A stretch of 54,333 bases of DNA, the filler included, from Jimgerdemannia flammicorona (Eukaryota): the NCBI GenBank assembly GCA_003990765.1. It is 2 parts of 2 records of this genome, joined end to end, with 100 filler letters (N's around TTAATTAATTAA, not from the genome) between each part and the next. Parts side by side here need not be neighbours in the genome. Positions count along the whole stretch, not along the records: positions 27,233 to 54,333 come from RBNJ01000661.1; 1 more part is not named here. One strand, written 5' to 3'. Below the pieces are notes generated by a model. The model searched no databases. It saw only the letters and a list, made by a program, of their open reading frames with translations, and was not told the DNA's origin. The translations under genes were made by a program, and so were the position numbers. Shown here piece after piece: positions 50,071 to 54,333 of this stretch. Within the stretch, counting starts at the first letter, position 1. Every line of letters starts with the position of its first letter.

Positions 50071-51995
50071 CTAGAGAGGGGAACTATATGATATCTTACT
50101 GATGGTATGGTGCAAACTGGTATATATATTTTTGAGAAGACACACAATTGATTTATTTGAATATTACCAAATTCTGCTCACTCTCAATATAATTTATCAA
50201 AAGGTTTCCCACCCTCAATAAATTTGAAATTTAGTGGTAATATTGTATATGTTACCAAATTCTACCTACTCTCAATAATATTTATAGCATTTCCATTCTC
50301 CTAACAAGGCCTTTTTGTCAAGGGTAGGAAAAACAATTTATCAAAAGAAATAGTCTGAGGCCTTAAAAAAACAAAACAAAACACAATTTCACACTTTGGC
50401 CTTTTGGGGTAATACTAGATCTGGCTTTCGAAATTGACCTTGGAAAATTGCACTATCAATTATACTCTGGCCTTGAGGGTGACACCAGATCAGGCTTTGA
50501 AATTGCACTATCAGGTCATTAAATCAGGGAATAATGGAACGTAAGAGTGCAAATTTTGAACAGTCACATTTTGTTGAGGGTGGATCACTAGCTCAGACTT
50601 CAAAATTTTTTTGAAGGCTTTTTTCTACATATGTATACATATTGTAATGTGCCCGGCTCAATGGAGGCAAATTATAAGGTTGGGGGTTGATGTAGTTTGG
50701 CTTGAGCCCCCAGTTACTTTGTCAAAAAGCAATAAAATGTTCTAAGATTCCTGAGGTCCTTGGTGTTTAGTGGTATAATAGTCAAATCTAGATATAATGG
50801 TCAATTTCCTTATTGGGACGGGTTCTTGGGTGTAGCGGCAATTTGTATGTATGGAACAGTATATGTGACGGTCTGGCAATTTAGCGGTCTTCCTTCTTAG
50901 GTAATGATCTCTGTGTAGCGCGACAGGTTCCTTATGCATTACAGTCTGGCAATTTAGTGGTTTCCTTGTGCGATTTCTGCATGACGATCTTGTGTAGCGT
51001 GAGCAGGTTCCTTATCTGGTAATTGGCGGATAACTTGATTTGGCGCGGATTCTCCTGAATTGGCAGGTTTCTCTGGGAATAATAACTGGTGGCTGAATCG
51101 GCAGCTCACTGGGAATTGCATTGGTGGCGGATTCTTCCTGAATCGGCTCACTGGGAATGGATAAATAACTTTGGATGGTAGAGACGTGGATAACTCGAAT
51201 GTCGCGGATTCTTCCTGAATTGGCTCTTCTGGGAATACAGGATAACTTGATAACTCGGATGATGCAGATAGCTCAGATGCAGATTCTTGGCAAGTTACAT
51301 CAAAGACTGGCTTCATTTGCACAGGGTTACATCATAGACTGACTCCACTGCGAAGTTGCGTCAAGTAGACTGACTTGTGGCAAGAATAGCGGGCTCTCTG
51401 GGAATGGTGGCGAATAACTCGAAAACAGCGGATGACGCGGATTCTTCCTGAATCGGCAGACTTCTTAATAACTCAGATTCTCTTCTCTTGGCAAAGTTAT
51501 GTCTAGACTGGCTTCGTTTACATAGATTTACGTCATTAGACTGGCTCTACTGTGAAGTTGCATCAACAGACTGGCTTTATGGCAAAAGGCGGACTTCTTC
51601 TTGAAAATGGCGGCTTATTCCTTAAGCAGCAGATTACTTAAATAGTGGTGAAGTTCTTTCTTGAACTTGGCGGATTTCTCAGATTCTTCAGGCTTATCTG
51701 GCAAGCAAACCAAAAATGGACTTGTTCTTTATATCAGAAAGTGGACCAGAGTGGGAAAAGGGGACCAATGCTCAATCTTTAGAGACTTCTTTGGTTTGTA
51801 CTTCAATTCAGACTGAGGTTTATTCACTCTTGTCTCTGGGGTATTTTATACATTGTGGTTGCTATCTGGTTGCTATCTGGATAATTATAGATTTACCATC
51901 TCTGGTAATGTTTGGGTGTGTCTACAGGATATGAGTGTGTCCACTGGACACAGGTGTGTCCTCAGGACACAGATAAACAACTCTGATTTGGTATC

Positions 51996-54333
51996 TGAAG
52001 AGATCCTGAAGGGATAGCATGTTAAAGACATATATTACTCAATTAGACAATTACATATATATATCATACAATTACAGAATTCATTATATGCTCAACATTT
52101 TATCCCCTTTCTCTTATACTCAATTATCTTTACTATCATACAGTTTTACTTACACATTTATCAATAAAGTATAGTCATCATTATAATTACCAATAATTAC
52201 AATAGTAATATACAAATACATATATATATATATATAAAAAAAACTACACAAATTGTACCAACCATGATATGCCTCTGCAACTCTTACTAGGTCTGCTATA
52301 CTGCAGGTGATAACTTCTCTGGATAACATAATACTGGCTCAAATATGTGTCCCTTATCTCACAATATGGAGGCTATCATGACCACCATTGCAGCATGCAC
52401 TGAAGAGAACAATGACATTTTAACATCACTTCTTCAATTCTGCAATTATTACAATATACTGTGACATTTACCTGAACTCACTGCAAGTGTATTCTCTCTA
52501 GTGGATTCCACACCCCAGCTTACTAGACTACTATAGACAGATTTTGACCAGAACACCTATATTGCTAAGCAAGACCAACTAATCACTACTCTATGCCACT
52601 ACCTCAAAAAAGCCCAAGCTCCACCTCTTCTGACTATTATTATTGACCCAGTATCTGATCCTGATTATCTCACTAACCCTAAACCCCTGGACACTACACC
52701 AGTGGTATCTATGTTGCATCTGGTACTAATTTTAATTTCAGATATAGATATTCCACAATGTGAGTTTCAGGTATTTCTGTCTCAGATATTTTCATATCTC
52801 TGTTACTGGAGCTTCTCACTTGGCAGTCTCTATCTATAATGATCCAGCCAGTTTTTTGGCCATTGTTACTGACTACCACCTTTCCACTTCTGGTATTGCT
52901 GGACCCTTTCAGTTTCCAGCACCTATCTACTGATATTTCACTTACCATCTACTCTGGCATCTCACCTCTATTTCCAGCATCCAGCTACTTTTCTTATATG
53001 ATAAGCTCTATGAGACCTCCTATAACTATGACTGCTACCCACCTTTACGGCCACCCCAATATCTATAGGTATGGTCTCAGGTGTCTTCTGTATATAATAG
53101 CCCCAACCTCATCAAGTACTTGAGTGCAAACCTCACTATGATCTCTGTCATTCTTTATAACACTTTTTGACTATAAGATCTGGGAAAACTAGTTATCTGC
53201 TCCTCTTCAACCCTTACTCCTCCTGATCCTCATTTTATTGAGGAGGTCAACCTTACCACTCTTATGTATATCTTATGGCCACAGGAAGTTGCTATGGTCA
53301 AGGATTTCCCCTATCTTCTTACACTACTTGGCTCTTTGTTACTATATTTCAGCATACTCTACAATGTATTCTCAGACCTTACTGACCCAACAGCATTCTT
53401 TTGCTATATCTCTGACCTCATCTATCTAAACAGTGATTATCAATAGAAGGTAATACTCAATTATCATATCGAGTTTCATGTATAACAGATCACTACCTCT
53501 CTCTCTCATATATCATATTTGGCATAGGCTACTCAGGATGGTGAACTTATATCTTTGTACCTACTCTCTCAATCTCTGTGCTATTCTACTGGGTCTGCCT
53601 CATCTGTTGCTTATTCACTAAGAATCTCTCCTTCATTATGACTACCTCAGCACAACCAGCTTTATCAGTCATCAAATGTATGCCATACATTTAACCATAT
53701 TGATCAAAATGGTACCATCAACCCCTCCTTAACTGGCTGTACCTGCCAAAACTGCTCTTACTGACATCTGTGCTTCTATTGTATAAGACCACATGGTATG
53801 TTTGAATGTACATTATAGGATCCTATGGGTGAATTGGTAAACCTCATTGTAGTTCCCCCTTCTGCCTCATCAATAAGACCCCCACCTTCTACTTCTTTAA
53901 CATTACTTTCCTCTCAACCACCTAATATCTCCTTCTCCTTCTCTCTCACCACCCCTCTGATTTTGGCCAAATACCTCCTTAGATATCTTCTCTCTTCCAA
54001 AAACCTTTCTTTAAGCTAACATATGAGTATTGGCATTTCAGAACTTCTCTGACTGCTACTTATTATCTATGATCTTACTTACATTATGTCAAGGTATTCA
54101 CATTGACTTCATGGACATGCACTATACTCAAATATATTGCAACTTACCTTCTGTGCATGCCTTTCCTCAGACAATTTTAGATAACATTATAACTGAAATT
54201 ACTATGGGCTGTATTGCAGGCCCCTTCTCTCACTCTTTCTTCCAAAACTTTCAGGCTTCCCCACTGGGCACAGTGGTAAAGAAAGGTTCTGTCAAATAGT
54301 ACCACATTCACTACTTATCATGGTACATCTTTT
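51996..54333 (+). mobile_element. Fourth Ngaro-type element, 5' part, runs off the window
   Basis: A repeat start tgaagagatcctgaagggatagc; ORF1 relic VKDFPYLLTLLG...DPTAFFCYISDL; RT start IAGPFSH...ASPLGTVVKKG. Confidence 0.88.

Overview
Eukaryotic DNA with spliceosomal introns. The host is probably an early-diverging, Mucoromycota-like fungus; this is an inference from gene content and intron style. The first 9.6 kb is a compact host-gene block: the 3' end of ATP4, a peroxisomal acyl-CoA oxidase, a GCIP/CCNDBP1-like gene, and a multi-exon putative nuclease-fold gene with one internal stop. The rest is mostly nested transposons. (1) A full-length but decayed Ty3/gypsy element with a dUTPase (family A, 9617-21192, ATAT target duplication). 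Its LTRs were later hit by a poly(A)-tailed non-coding retroposon and by a solo LTR of a second family (B). (2) A Sola-like transposase relic. (3) A younger family-B element running into an artificial contig linker. (4) A Fanzor2/TnpB relic and a palindromic MITE. (5) Four Ngaro/DIRS-type tyrosine-recombinase retroelements, one of which splits a host gene lying head-to-head with a US22/SUKH-like gene. The most striking observation is that the long LTRs of both gypsy families carry a protein-coding gene in U3 behind their own TATA-like box. The two predicted proteins align with each other, while a third, related LTR carries different cargo between conserved ends. Repeats show a gradient of C>T/G>A decay that goes beyond CpG. 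All calls are by eye; no database searches were run.
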